A stretch of DNA of 64,000 nucleotides, from assembly GCA_017549145.1 (NCBI GenBank), contig JAFYVM010000034.1, forward strand, positions 3,220 to 67,219, read 5' to 3'. Every line of letters starts with the position of its first letter. Position 1 is the stretch's first letter. The notes below the pieces were generated by a model that was not told where the DNA came from, did no database searches, and saw only the letters and a list, made by a program, of their open reading frames with translations. This DNA is from Bacteroidales bacterium (GTDB lineage Bacteria > Bacteroidota > Bacteroidia > Bacteroidales > UBA932). A program made the position numbers and the translations under genes. Below are positions 29,255 through 39,080 of this stretch, piece after piece.

Positions 29255-30304
29255 TTACTTCACACCAAAAGCAAAGATAATAGCCTGCTCATAGAACTCT
29301 CCCGGACGAAAAACTGCTGACGGATAATCTGCTTTGTTTGGTGCATCCGGGAAATTCTGGCACTCGATTGCAACGCCATCATAGTCATTATAGCTACGTC
29401 CGCATTTTCCTACTGGGCTGCCAGCAAGCCAGTTTCCTGTATATACCTGCACACCTGGCTGAGTTGTATAGACAGAAAGAACACGGCCGCTTTCTGGAGA
29501 ATAAAGCTCTGCTGCTTCCTGAATCTGTCCTGGCTCATAGCCATCAATCACCCAGCAGTTATCATAGCCCTTTCCATAATTCAAAGCAGGGAAATCCGCC
29601 TTGATCTCTGCGCCAAGAGCCTTAGGGTTGACAAAGTCCATTGGTGTGCCAGCGACAGGCTCGCTCTCACCAAGCGGAATCAACGAATCCGAAGTAGGAA
29701 GATACTCGGATGCATTCAAACGAAGTTCATGTCCGAGAATATCACCTGCACCTTCTCCGTTTAAGTTAAAATATGCGTGATTTGTAAGGTTTACAATTGT
29801 AGGGGCATCAGACTCTGCAGTAAGAGTAAGACGAAGTTCGTTTTCTTCTGTCCACTCATAACGTGCCACTGCCTTCAATGCACCCGGATAGCCCATTTCA
29901 CCATCCTCGGAATAATAAAGGAACTCCACGCCGCCTTCATTTTCACGACTTTCCCAAACTTTGTTCTGGAATCCCTCTGGTCCACCATGAAGATGATTAG
30001 GACCATTATTTACAGGTAGAGTATGCTCTACACCGTCTAAAGTAAACTTTCCAAGAGCAACTCTGTTGGCATAGCGGCCAGGCACCTTTCCGGCACATGG
30101 TCCATCACCGAAATAACTTGCTGCTTCAGGGTATCCCAACGCAACATCAGCCAATACACCATCCTTATCCGGCACTACCACAGACACGAGTCCTGCACCA
30201 ACACTTGAAAGCTGGACATAAGCACCACTGGCATTTTTAAGAGTATAAAGATAAATTTCCTTTCCGCAGGCTGACTTGCCCCAAAGTTCTTTTGTTAGTT
30301 CCAT
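29255..30304 (-). CDS. galM: Aldose 1-epimerase (galactose mutarotase)
   Basis: GRYANR, NHLHGG, NLTNHAYFNL, GYDNC, QVYTGN; start MELTKE. Confidence 0.93.
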   Translation of the reverse strand: MELTKELWGKSACGKEIYLYTLKNASGAYVQLSSVGAGLVSVVVPDKDGVLADVALGYPEAASYFGDGPCAGKVPGRYANRVALGKFTLDGVEHTLPVNNGPNHLHGGPEGFQNKVWESRENEGGVEFLYYSEDGEMGYPGALKAVARYEWTEENELRLTLTAESDAPTIVNLTNHAYFNLNGEGAGDILGHELRLNASEYLPTSDSLIPLGESEPVAGTPMDFVNPKALGAEIKADFPALNYGKGYDNCWVIDGYEPGQIQEAAELYSPESGRVLSVYTTQPGVQVYTGNWLAGSPVGKCGRSYNDYDGVAIECQNFPDAPNKADYPSAVFRPGEFYEQAIIFAFGVK

Positions 30305-30368
30305 AGTATATTTTGTTTTTTCAAAATTAACATTATTCCGTGAAATGGACAAAAGAATACACTTTCTC

Positions 30369-31319
30369 TTATCTGGCGTTAAGCCATTCAAAAAGACGCG
30401 CCTCTGGTGTATCCTTCATTATTACCTTCTTATCCTTATCAAGAAGGTAAAGAGACGGAATAGCACGCACATTATATAGTACATCTGTCCTGATCACATA
30501 ATCTGGATCGTATCCATTATACCATTCTGTAGGATATATTGGCATGTACTCCTTCCATGCTTGTAAATCCTCGTCGATATAGATATTAAGAACCGCCAAT
30601 TTGCCCGTACGAATTCCTTCTTGCAATTGAGGAAAAGACTTCAAGGTGTTAATGATATCCATACATGCAGTACAGCCAGGATTACTGAAGAACAAGATTG
30701 TATAATCTGCCTTTATATCGTGCAGGCGACGAATCTTGCCCTTTACATCTGAGAATCGGAAATCGGCCGCTTTGGTTCCTACTCTATTAAGAGCACACAT
30801 TCTCGCATCAAAAGCATACGCTTGGCGCATTCCTTCATCAACAAATTCACACTGAGATAGATTTGCTGCATAAGGGCCATAAAAGTTCTCATTTCTCATC
30901 GGAGAGTTCGGATCATATAGATATCTCTCCATAATCTCCGACATCTGCTCGAATACATTCGAGCTTGTATCATTCTTCTCACATGCAACCACTCTATCAA
31001 ACAAGCGATTTACTGATTTTACAGCAACCTTATAATCCACGGCATTAAGCAGAACTGTCCAGTTAGCAAACTTCTGCTCTACATCTCCCTTAGAGACTCC
31101 ACTCACCAAAATGGAATCACAAGGATACTCCCTTTGAGAATCAGTCAGTCCATCCCACCAGTGTTCTACAAGATATTCAGCAATCTGCTGCTGATCCTGG
31201 ATCATAGACGGGGCTTTGACATCAGGAAAAGGCAGAGCTGAAAATTGCTCTGCCTTCCTATTGTTAACACAACCTACAGCCACTAAAACTGTAAGTAATA
31301 ATGCTGTTTTAATTCTCAT
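30369..31319 (-). CDS. Lipoprotein, DUF5106-like domain plus thioredoxin-like domain
   Basis: Lipobox VAVGC, HWWD, YLYDPNSP.RNE, FSNPGCTAC (CxxC), AIPSLYLLD. Confidence 0.8.
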   Translation of the reverse strand: MRIKTALLLTVLVAVGCVNNRKAEQFSALPFPDVKAPSMIQDQQQIAEYLVEHWWDGLTDSQREYPCDSILVSGVSKGDVEQKFANWTVLLNAVDYKVAVKSVNRLFDRVVACEKNDTSSNVFEQMSEIMERYLYDPNSPMRNENFYGPYAANLSQCEFVDEGMRQAYAFDARMCALNRVGTKAADFRFSDVKGKIRRLHDIKADYTILFFSNPGCTACMDIINTLKSFPQLQEGIRTGKLAVLNIYIDEDLQAWKEYMPIYPTEWYNGYDPDYVIRTDVLYNVRAIPSLYLLDKDKKVIMKDTPEARLFEWLNAR

Positions 31320-33114
31320 ATTCGTATTTTCCGACAACTGCCTGAGATATGTTGATCAAGAAGTCACCAATCTTCTCAAGCTCTGCGAGAACGTCCATAT
31401 AGTAAACACCTGTGAGGTAGTTGTAGCTATTGCTCTCGATGTTGACGATATGCTCCTCTCTGAGGTGGTTGCGGCACTCATTAATATTATACTCACAGTT
31501 CTGAGCATTAGAGATATCGCGGAGATTCTCGTTCTTGAGGTTCTCAATCATCACATCGTAACCCTTATCGACAAGCTCCATCATCTTGTTAAGACGATCA
31601 AGGATTGACTTATCGAATACCTTATTATGTGCGTTCTTTCTCTTAAGAATTCTTCCGATTGCCTCACCAGAGTCACCGAGAGACTCAAGCTCGCCAATAA
31701 TCTTGTACATCGCCTTAGTAAGGTTCATAGACTCCTCGCTAAGTTCATTTTTAGACACATCGTTAAGGTATGTAGCTATTTCGTACTCGATTCTATCAGT
31801 AATCTCCTCGTACTTGATAAGCTTATCATTGAGTTTATCAAATGCCTCAGAATTATTCTCGTTAACAGCATCCTTAATATATCCGAAGCCATTCTTACAG
31901 ATTTCAGCGAAGTGGATAACCTCAAGCTGAGCCTCCTTGAGAGAGAGTTCTGCAGTGCTGAGAGGACCACCAGAAATATACTTAAGTCTGAATACCTCTG
32001 TCTCACCCTTAGGCTCCTTAACCAACCAGCATACAGCCTTCTCGATAAGCGGAGTAAACCAAATAAGAACAAGGGTGTTAGTCACGTTAAAGAGTGTATG
32101 GAGCATCGCAATACCATAAAGCATTGCATTCTTTGCATCAAGGAACGCAGATTCAGCAGCGGCAATCGATTCTGGAGTTGCTCCCTCAGCCGCCTTAGCT
32201 GCTATCAATGCATTGTTAAGACCTGCCATATCAACTGTCATAGGGTCAGCAAAACCAATAGCAGTCATAATCTTGCAGATCAATGCAACAATTGGAGAAA
32301 AGACTAGAAGCACCCAGATAACTCCAACGATATTGAAGATTGTATGTGCTCTCGCAGCTCTCTTCGCTGAAGTATTTGCGACAGCAGCAGCGATATTTGC
32401 TGTAATTGTTGTTCCGATGTTTTCTCCAAGGACCATTGCGACTGCAAGTTCAAATCCGATAAGTCCGGATGCAGCAAGAAGCATTGTAATAGCCATTGTC
32501 GCACTTGATGCCTGAAGAACGATTGTGAGAACAGCACCTGCAACCAAGAAGAGAAGAATTGATCCCCAGCCAAAGCCATTGATGCTTCCGAAGAATGCCT
32601 TCATCTGCTCAGCATATTGTCCCTCCGGTCCAATAATAGCATTTGCACAATCCTTCATGAATGTAAGACCAACATACATAATTGCAAATCCCATCAAGAA
32701 TTGACCGACATTCTTCAGAACAGACTTCTTGCTTGAGTACATCACGAATCCAAAGGCCATCATCGGCACTGCAAACAACGCAATGTTTACAGAGAATCCA
32801 AGAGACGTTACCCATGCAGTGAGTGTTGTACCGATGTTGGCTCCCATGATAACACCAATCGCATTACCCAAAGTCAGAAGTCCAGCATTCACAAAGCTCA
32901 CAACCATAATAGTCGTTGCTGATGACGACTGTACCAGAGCGGTAACTACAGTTCCTGTGAAAATTCGTTTTGGAGCATTAGAAGTCATTTTAGCCATGAA
33001 GGCTCTGAGGCGGTCTCCTGCAGATTTCTGGAGTCCATCACTCATGAGTGCCATACCATAGAGGAACATTGCAAGTCCTCCAAGAACTGATAGCACATTC
33101 AGAATCGTTTCCAT
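31309..33114 (-). CDS. Na/Pi cotransporter family protein with PhoU-like C-terminus
   Basis: QSSSATT, GANIGTT, QASSA, GENIGTT repeats; C-terminal LEKIGD. Confidence 0.92.
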   Translation of the reverse strand: METILNVLSVLGGLAMFLYGMALMSDGLQKSAGDRLRAFMAKMTSNAPKRIFTGTVVTALVQSSSATTIMVVSFVNAGLLTLGNAIGVIMGANIGTTLTAWVTSLGFSVNIALFAVPMMAFGFVMYSSKKSVLKNVGQFLMGFAIMYVGLTFMKDCANAIIGPEGQYAEQMKAFFGSINGFGWGSILLFLVAGAVLTIVLQASSATMAITMLLAASGLIGFELAVAMVLGENIGTTITANIAAAVANTSAKRAARAHTIFNIVGVIWVLLVFSPIVALICKIMTAIGFADPMTVDMAGLNNALIAAKAAEGATPESIAAAESAFLDAKNAMLYGIAMLHTLFNVTNTLVLIWFTPLIEKAVCWLVKEPKGETEVFRLKYISGGPLSTAELSLKEAQLEVIHFAEICKNGFGYIKDAVNENNSEAFDKLNDKLIKYEEITDRIEYEIATYLNDVSKNELSEESMNLTKAMYKIIGELESLGDSGEAIGRILKRKNAHNKVFDKSILDRLNKMMELVDKGYDVMIENLKNENLRDISNAQNCEYNINECRNHLREEHIVNIESNSYNYLTGVYYMDVLAELEKIGDFLINISQAVVGKYEYEN

Positions 33115-33211
33115 ATAGTTTAAATAAGAATTATCTAGTGCGCATTAGGCGAATTAGGGACAAAAATATAAAAAATATTTAGATTTCCGCCTTATCTTTG
33201 CAGAAATAACA

Positions 33212-33239
33212 TTGTCATCCTGAACGAAGTGAAGGATCT
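33212..33239 (-). repeat. REP-like palindromic repeat in a 5' UTR
   Basis: TTGTCATCCTGAACGAAGTGAAGGATCT, the reverse orientation of the 12621 and 20052 copies. Lies between promoter TATCTTTG (33193-33200) and ATG 33247. Confidence 0.75.
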
Positions 33240-33246
33240 CAAAAAT

Positions 33247-36200
33247 ATGAAGAGAATACACATCATAATACTACTCCTGCTACTGATGCCCCTCTCGGCA
33301 TCAGCTCAGTTCTATGTAACAGGAGATGACCCGGGAAAGCTCAAATGGTCTTATGTAGAAACTGACCATTTCCGTATAATCTATCCCAATGGCGCAGACT
33401 CTCTTGCCAAGGTATATGGAACCAACCTGGAACATTTCTACATTCCACTTTCCCGCACCAGCGGATATCTTCCCAATGGTAACTTCGGAAAGAAGATGCC
33501 GGTAATGATTCATGCTTATAACGCAGCAAACGGATCCGTTGCCTGGGCACCAAACAGAATGGACCTCTTCACGCTTCCTACAGCATACGATCCGGAACCG
33601 TTGCCATGGAGCAAGATGTTGGCAATTCACGAAGGACGTCATGTCAGCCAGATGCAGTTCGGAATGACCAATGCCTTGAAACCTGGAAATTACATTTTCG
33701 GACAGATGTGGAATATTGCATCCACACTTCTTTTCGCCAGAATCGCATTTATGGAGGGAGATGCAGTGATTGCCGAAACAGCATACACACCTTCTGGAAG
33801 AGGAAGAACTTCAGACTTCTTGAATTATTATCGAATTGCATTCGATCAGGAAGATTTCAGAAGCTGGCCAAAATGGCGTTTCTCATCTCAAAAAAACTAC
33901 ATTCCTTCATATTACTCGTTAGCCTACATGGCACTCGGAGGAATGAGATATCTGTACGATATTCCTGAGTTCATGAATAAGGGACTCGATCTCGCTTCTC
34001 GACGTCCATACAATCTTGCCGCCCTGAACACAAATGTAAAACAGATGACAGGAAAACGTTATAAGACTGTGTTTAAGGAGGTTTGTGATACGTTGAACGT
34101 TATCTGGAAAGCTGAAGCAGACGCAAGAGCACCATATATTCCATCAGAGCCGGTTACGAAAGAGCCTAAATTATACACTGAATATGATAATGGTATATTT
34201 GTAGGAACTGATTTCTACGCAATCAAGAAAGGACATCTGACTACACCTGTTCTGGTAAAGATCGATCCATTCCTACAGGAAAAGACCGTAACTCGTTTCG
34301 CAGCAGAAGCCGGTACCCTAAAGAAAGATATTTACAATAATCTATATTGGAGCGAAGGAAAGACTGATCCAAGATGGTCTCTGAAGACTCTTTCAACTAT
34401 TCAAAAGCTTGAAAACGGAAAGAAGAGAAGTAAGAGAATCGGAGATAGCGGACTTCAGTACAACCCTACACCTTCACCTGATGGCAAAACTGCCGCAGTA
34501 GTTGAATACTACGTCAATGGCAAATCTTCTCTTGATATCATAAGTATTAAGAAAGATTCGGAAGTAATCTGCACCTTTGAAGCACCGGACTCATTGCAAC
34601 TGGTAGAAACAGCTTGGCCAGAAAGTCAGTATATCTACACGACTGCCGTTTCTGATAATGGATACGGTATCTATCGCCTGAACCGCAATACAGGAGAATG
34701 GAGCATCACACTTGCTCCTCAGCCTGTAATGGTAAAAGACTTCAAGAGTTATAATAACACCTTGATGTTCACATGCGACCGCACAGGTGTAAACGAACTC
34801 TATCATTTGGATCCTCAAACGGGAAGACTTATTCAGAAAACTTCTACAAGACACGGCGCAGAAGACTTTGAGTATAGTCCTGAAGGTTACTATCTATACT
34901 ATAGTCTGAATACATTGAAAGGAAAGCAAGTATTCAGAACTAAAGTAGATTCATTGATTAATAAAAGCGTAGATTACTCTGATATTCACAAATACACCAT
35001 CGCTGAAACATTAACTCAGCAGGAAAAGGCAATTGCAAAACAGCATAATGAAGTATTTGTTACCGACTCGACAGTAACTTTCTCCGAGCCTAAGAAATAT
35101 TCCAAGTTTAATAATGCCTTCAACATCCATTCATGGGCTCCACTTTACGTAAGTGTCGATAATATCATGAATATGTCATTCGACCGCGTATATGAGGCCG
35201 CATCGCTTGGACTTTCCGGAATCATGCAGAATAGACTTGCTACAGGAGTTGGAGAAATTGGATATTCTGCCCATAAAGACCCGTATAATTCATCAAAATG
35301 GAGACACTCGGGTCATATTAAATATACTTATTCCGGATGGTATCCTGTTGTTGAATTTGCAGTAGACTTCAACGATAGGAGCGCACGTCAGTTCAAACCA
35401 CACGTATATACTCTCGAAGATAAGGCTAGCATCGCTATCAACTCAACAGAATTAAACACACCTTATTTCTCAGGAAGAATCAGTACATATATTCCATTTA
35501 ATTTATCAAGCGGAGGATGGTACAGAGGATTTGTCCCTAAACTTTCATATACCATCACAAATGATATGTTTAATCAGGATATAACTATATCGAGCTTGGA
35601 TCCCGAAAAAGGAAGCTTTAATAACAATCCTGTGTTTATAAAATCCACAGGAGGTAAGAATAGTTTCAGACACTATCTAGGGGGATCTGTTCGAGCATAC
35701 ACAATGCTTGGCACTCCAAACTCTGCAGTATATCCTAAATTCGGAATCGGAATTGAGGCAGGAGCAACAGGAAGCCTTGGACTTAAAGAGTTTATATCCC
35801 CGATGGGTTATCTCTATGGATATGGATATCTGCCAGGACTTGTACCTCAGCAGGGACTGAAGCTGACAGCCATGTATCAGAGAAAATTATCTCCTGATTC
35901 ATATTTTGGTCAGGCAACAGTAACTACAGTTCCACGTGGTTTAAAGAATAATGCAAACCTCATGAGTTATTTGTCAATTTATAACGACAATCTGACAAAC
36001 TTCTCAGCGGACTATGCCATTCCTGTCTACATCGGAGACCTCGCTATAGGCGGTTCATTCCTATATATAAAACGAATGGTGATAACACCTCATTTTGACT
36101 TTAACCTGGTCGAGGATAAGCCATCTCTATTCTCAGTCGGTACAAGTCTTACATTCAACCTTGAAAGTATCGTATTCCTCACATGGCCTTGTTCAGTGGG

Positions 36201-36315
36201 AGTAACATATTCATATAACGGAGGATTCAACGGAGAATACCAGAAACTCACAGAAGAGGCGGGTATCGAACTTGGACGCCATTTTGTCGGACCAGTATTT
36301 AGCGTTTCATTCTAA
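33247..36315 (+). CDS. Outer-membrane protein: zincin-like N-domain, TolB-like propeller and C-terminal beta-barrel
   Basis: Signal peptide; HEGRH plus FMEGDAV; SPDG/YSPEG repeats; amphipathic beta strands ending in a C-terminal Phe. Confidence 0.7.
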   Translation: MKRIHIIILLLLLMPLSASAQFYVTGDDPGKLKWSYVETDHFRIIYPNGADSLAKVYGTNLEHFYIPLSRTSGYLPNGNFGKKMPVMIHAYNAANGSVAWAPNRMDLFTLPTAYDPEPLPWSKMLAIHEGRHVSQMQFGMTNALKPGNYIFGQMWNIASTLLFARIAFMEGDAVIAETAYTPSGRGRTSDFLNYYRIAFDQEDFRSWPKWRFSSQKNYIPSYYSLAYMALGGMRYLYDIPEFMNKGLDLASRRPYNLAALNTNVKQMTGKRYKTVFKEVCDTLNVIWKAEADARAPYIPSEPVTKEPKLYTEYDNGIFVGTDFYAIKKGHLTTPVLVKIDPFLQEKTVTRFAAEAGTLKKDIYNNLYWSEGKTDPRWSLKTLSTIQKLENGKKRSKRIGDSGLQYNPTPSPDGKTAAVVEYYVNGKSSLDIISIKKDSEVICTFEAPDSLQLVETAWPESQYIYTTAVSDNGYGIYRLNRNTGEWSITLAPQPVMVKDFKSYNNTLMFTCDRTGVNELYHLDPQTGRLIQKTSTRHGAEDFEYSPEGYYLYYSLNTLKGKQVFRTKVDSLINKSVDYSDIHKYTIAETLTQQEKAIAKQHNEVFVTDSTVTFSEPKKYSKFNNAFNIHSWAPLYVSVDNIMNMSFDRVYEAASLGLSGIMQNRLATGVGEIGYSAHKDPYNSSKWRHSGHIKYTYSGWYPVVEFAVDFNDRSARQFKPHVYTLEDKASIAINSTELNTPYFSGRISTYIPFNLSSGGWYRGFVPKLSYTITNDMFNQDITISSLDPEKGSFNNNPVFIKSTGGKNSFRHYLGGSVRAYTMLGTPNSAVYPKFGIGIEAGATGSLGLKEFISPMGYLYGYGYLPGLVPQQGLKLTAMYQRKLSPDSYFGQATVTTVPRGLKNNANLMSYLSIYNDNLTNFSADYAIPVYIGDLAIGGSFLYIKRMVITPHFDFNLVEDKPSLFSVGTSLTFNLESIVFLTWPCSVGVTYSYNGGFNGEYQKLTEEAGIELGRHFVGPVFSVSF

Positions 36316-36317
36316 TT

Positions 36318-36980
36318 ATGTCAATCATCAACGAAGCTCTTGCTCCATGCAGCAAATGTGGACAGCAACACAAAGTAACAGTATATAGAAGCATCAATAT
36401 TGCTGATAATCCTGAGTTAAAGGATAAGGTAAAAGATGGCTCATTATTTTTATGGGAGTGCCCTGATTGCGGTCAGGTTAACCTCGCTAAATACGAGACA
36501 CTTTACCATGATCCTATTGCCAAGCTGATGGTCTGGCTCATTCCTTCAGGAGAGGTATCTGAAACACAGATGCAGGCCATCACAATGCACACTAAGGCAA
36601 TGGGTGGATACACACTTCGTCGTGTAAACGATATGGGATCGTTGATGGAAAAAGTACTCATTAATGAGGCAAATCTGGACGACGTTGTGCTTGAAATGTG
36701 TAAATACGTAACTAAGCTGGAAATGGTCCAGAAGATCGTTGGACAGGAGAAGAAAGAAGAATTCCTTGCAGCAACCTTCCATTTCTATAAATCAGAAGGA
36801 GAGAACGACGAGCGCATACTTACATTCATGTATGGACTCGACGGCCAGATGCTAGGAGTAAATGTAAGCTGGAATGTATACCAGGACTGCGCAGGCATCC
36901 TTGAGCGCAACCCACAAATAAAACCAGCCGACGGATTCGCTCGAATCGACGCCGACTGGCTATCATCCGTAATGGCTTAA
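36318..36980 (+). CDS. CpXC domain-containing protein
   Basis: CSKCG...INI...PELK...G.LF..ECPDCG...LYHD. Confidence 0.8.
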   Translation: MSIINEALAPCSKCGQQHKVTVYRSINIADNPELKDKVKDGSLFLWECPDCGQVNLAKYETLYHDPIAKLMVWLIPSGEVSETQMQAITMHTKAMGGYTLRRVNDMGSLMEKVLINEANLDDVVLEMCKYVTKLEMVQKIVGQEKKEEFLAATFHFYKSEGENDERILTFMYGLDGQMLGVNVSWNVYQDCAGILERNPQIKPADGFARIDADWLSSVMA

Positions 36981-37020
36981 AATCCAGATTACAACATCAT
37001 CAATAACGACATCTCTGCTA

Positions 37021-37132
37021 ACACCTTAGGCTAGAATTGCCCAAAAGTCGCTCAAGGTGTCATACTAAACTGCATTTTGATTGATTTTCAAGACACCTTA
37101 GGCGAGTTTCGCTCTAAACTCTCACAAGGTGC
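37021..37132. repeat. Tandem pair of 40-bp imperfect palindromes (72-bp period)
   Basis: ACACCTTAGGC...AAGGTGT (37021-37060) and ACACCTTAGGC...AAGGTGC (37093-37132). Confidence 0.75.
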
Positions 37133-37137
37133 ACTAT

Positions 37138-37479
37138 TTATTTACGCTTCAGAAAAAGACTGCACATAGATATAAAATTCCAAGCAGAAAAGATTCCAAG
37201 AATAGTTGCAGGTACATATTGATGAACGTTAACCAACAATACAGAGCATATTAGAAAAAATCCCGCATTAAAATATCTGGACTCATCATCCAAAAGAATC
37301 TTGAGATCCTTATTTTTTACTGCATTATAAACAATATACACAATACTAGGAAGCATAACCAAAACAGTAATACCTGCTAATACTGCAGCTAAAAGCGTAT
37401 CATCAGCCAAAATTGCACTTAACAACACACATTCAGCAACACAAATCATCTGCTTGCAAAATCTAACACAATCTTTCAT
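37138..37479 (-). CDS. Small hydrophobic membrane protein (about 4 TM), candidate immunity protein
   Basis: 113 aa, almost all hydrophobic helices, basic C-terminus. Starts 19 bp after the upstream lipoprotein gene. Confidence 0.65.
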   Translation of the reverse strand: MKDCVRFCKQMICVAECVLLSAILADDTLLAAVLAGITVLVMLPSIVYIVYNAVKNKDLKILLDDESRYFNAGFFLICSVLLVNVHQYVPATILGIFSAWNFISMCSLFLKRK

Positions 37480-37498
37480 AATATTTTAAGAGTTTAAA

Positions 37499-38473
37499 TT
37501 AAATGATCAGCCCTGAATTAGCCCAATAATTATAACTATACAATGACGTTGCTAATCCCATCTTTAAGCTATTTTTTTCATCAGCTGTAAGTTCAGATGA
37601 ATTATCAATACACTCAGTATACTTATTTATAATATAGATAATGTCTTCGGAACCCGATACATATTGATTCATCAATTCACTATACATCTGCATTATTACA
37701 TCCGGCAACTCTAGATTCTCCTCTACAATTTCAGTTGTTTGATAAAGCTCATTAAAAGCACTACACATTTCACCCGAATATAGAATTTCAGCCTCTAATA
37801 CCGTTTCAAATTTAGGAAATTCTTGACTACCCAAATCTGCTTTTGTTGATATTTTTTCAGTATCCGCCAAATTCCCCTCCAATGCAGAAAGCATCACATT
37901 ATGGTACTGTCCTACTTTCATAGAGTTTTCATCAAGGCCTACCATATTTATTAAAGTGGAATCAAGCAAAACTTGAGATTTCACCTTTTCTGATTCAAGA
38001 TATATAAGATCGATAGCATCATTATCTCCCATACAATATCTAGAATACGCATTCGTTATAATATTATAGTCAAGGTTAGTTAAATTCTCTGGTGTGTCAT
38101 TTGACAATTCAGAAGATGGACTTGCTAACCATGATTGAAAGGCGCCAAATCCAATTCCTCCAATAAAACCACCTATTGCAGCTCCAAGCGCAGGGTTTCC
38201 TGCTAAACCACCTAATTTTGAGCCAATCCTAATTCCTGTCTTAGCTCCTTTATAAGCTCCATCCAAATCTGCCATAACAATAATCAAAGTCTCCTTGTTA
38301 AATCCTTTTGTTGGAGAGAGATTTATTAACAGAGAATCGTTAAAGCTTTTAAGCTCCGAAATAATTAAAGACTCATCGTTGATACTTGTACTAAGATTAT
38401 CTTGAGTCTTATTACAGCTATTCAAAACTACTATTGAAAGTGCTATAGTGATAAAAGTAAATAAATGTTTCAT
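37499..38473 (-). CDS. Lipoprotein with an internal glycine-zipper (bacteriocin-like) segment
   Basis: Lipobox VVLNSC; TKG motif followed by ADLDGAYKGAKTGIRIGSKLGGLAGNPALGAAIGGFIGGIGFGAFQSW; acidic helical C-terminal region. Confidence 0.7.
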   Translation of the reverse strand: MKHLFTFITIALSIVVLNSCNKTQDNLSTSINDESLIISELKSFNDSLLINLSPTKGFNKETLIIVMADLDGAYKGAKTGIRIGSKLGGLAGNPALGAAIGGFIGGIGFGAFQSWLASPSSELSNDTPENLTNLDYNIITNAYSRYCMGDNDAIDLIYLESEKVKSQVLLDSTLINMVGLDENSMKVGQYHNVMLSALEGNLADTEKISTKADLGSQEFPKFETVLEAEILYSGEMCSAFNELYQTTEIVEENLELPDVIMQMYSELMNQYVSGSEDIIYIINKYTECIDNSSELTADEKNSLKMGLATSLYSYNYWANSGLII

Positions 38474-38487
38474 ACGATCAAAGTTCA

Positions 38488-38868
38488 TTAATTTAACATA
38501 AAGGCCCCCTCATACTCGTTATCATTTCCATCTTTATAATGGATACGATAAATACCTGAATCACCTGAAATTTGTAAAACATGAGTCAATGTGGTACTTG
38601 AATCAAAAGAAGATTCCCACATTTCACCTGTGGTGCAGTTTTCAACTGTAATCATAATCTCTCCTAGATCTGCAGAAACAGTTGTAACAATTCCTTCAAG
38701 CATTCCATAATAAAAAGCTTTTAAATGGTCATTTCGCAAAGATCTTTCACCAATTATTTCCGTTAACTTTTCAATAGGAATTTGTTGGACTACATTTTTA
38801 TCTTCGGCATTGACTTTTAATGCGAAGATTGGCAGTAGAACAGCCAAGATTAAAAACATTTTTCTCAT
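38488..38868 (-). CDS. Exported Ig-like protein (DUF3244-like)
   Basis: Signal peptide; pattern LGEI.ITVEN..TGE...SG.Y.I......YEG.F.L at the C-terminus. Confidence 0.7.
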   Translation of the reverse strand: MRKMFLILAVLLPIFALKVNAEDKNVVQQIPIEKLTEIIGERSLRNDHLKAFYYGMLEGIVTTVSADLGEIMITVENCTTGEMWESSFDSSTTLTHVLQISGDSGIYRIHYKDGNDNEYEGAFMLN

Positions 38869-38974
38869 AATTGATTAGATTTTAAAAACGCCGTAAAATT
38901 ATGGAATCTGATACTTTTCAATGAATTTTAAGGCCATTTTCGTCTTTCAAAATGAGAAAAAGTAAGCTTATAAT

Positions 38975-39051
38975 ATATTAAAAATCAAGGGGTTATAATT
39001 CTAGAAAGATATACAATCTTTCATTTTTTGTAACCCCTTGATAATCAATAT
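38975..39051. promoter_or_regulatory. Long symmetric dyad, putative operator
   Basis: ATCAAGGGGTTA-N8-GAAAGAT-N5-ATCTTTC-N8-TAACCCCTTGAT, upstream of the DUF3244-like gene. Confidence 0.55.
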
Positions 39052-39080
39052 TGTTTTATTTTCTTATTGAAAGTACCTTA

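Noticed and set aside
31627-32307. Long antisense ORFs (also 17274-17861, 55463-56083, 14772-15311)
   Set aside because: Shadow ORFs opposite well-supported, codon-biased genes, with no recognisable motifs.
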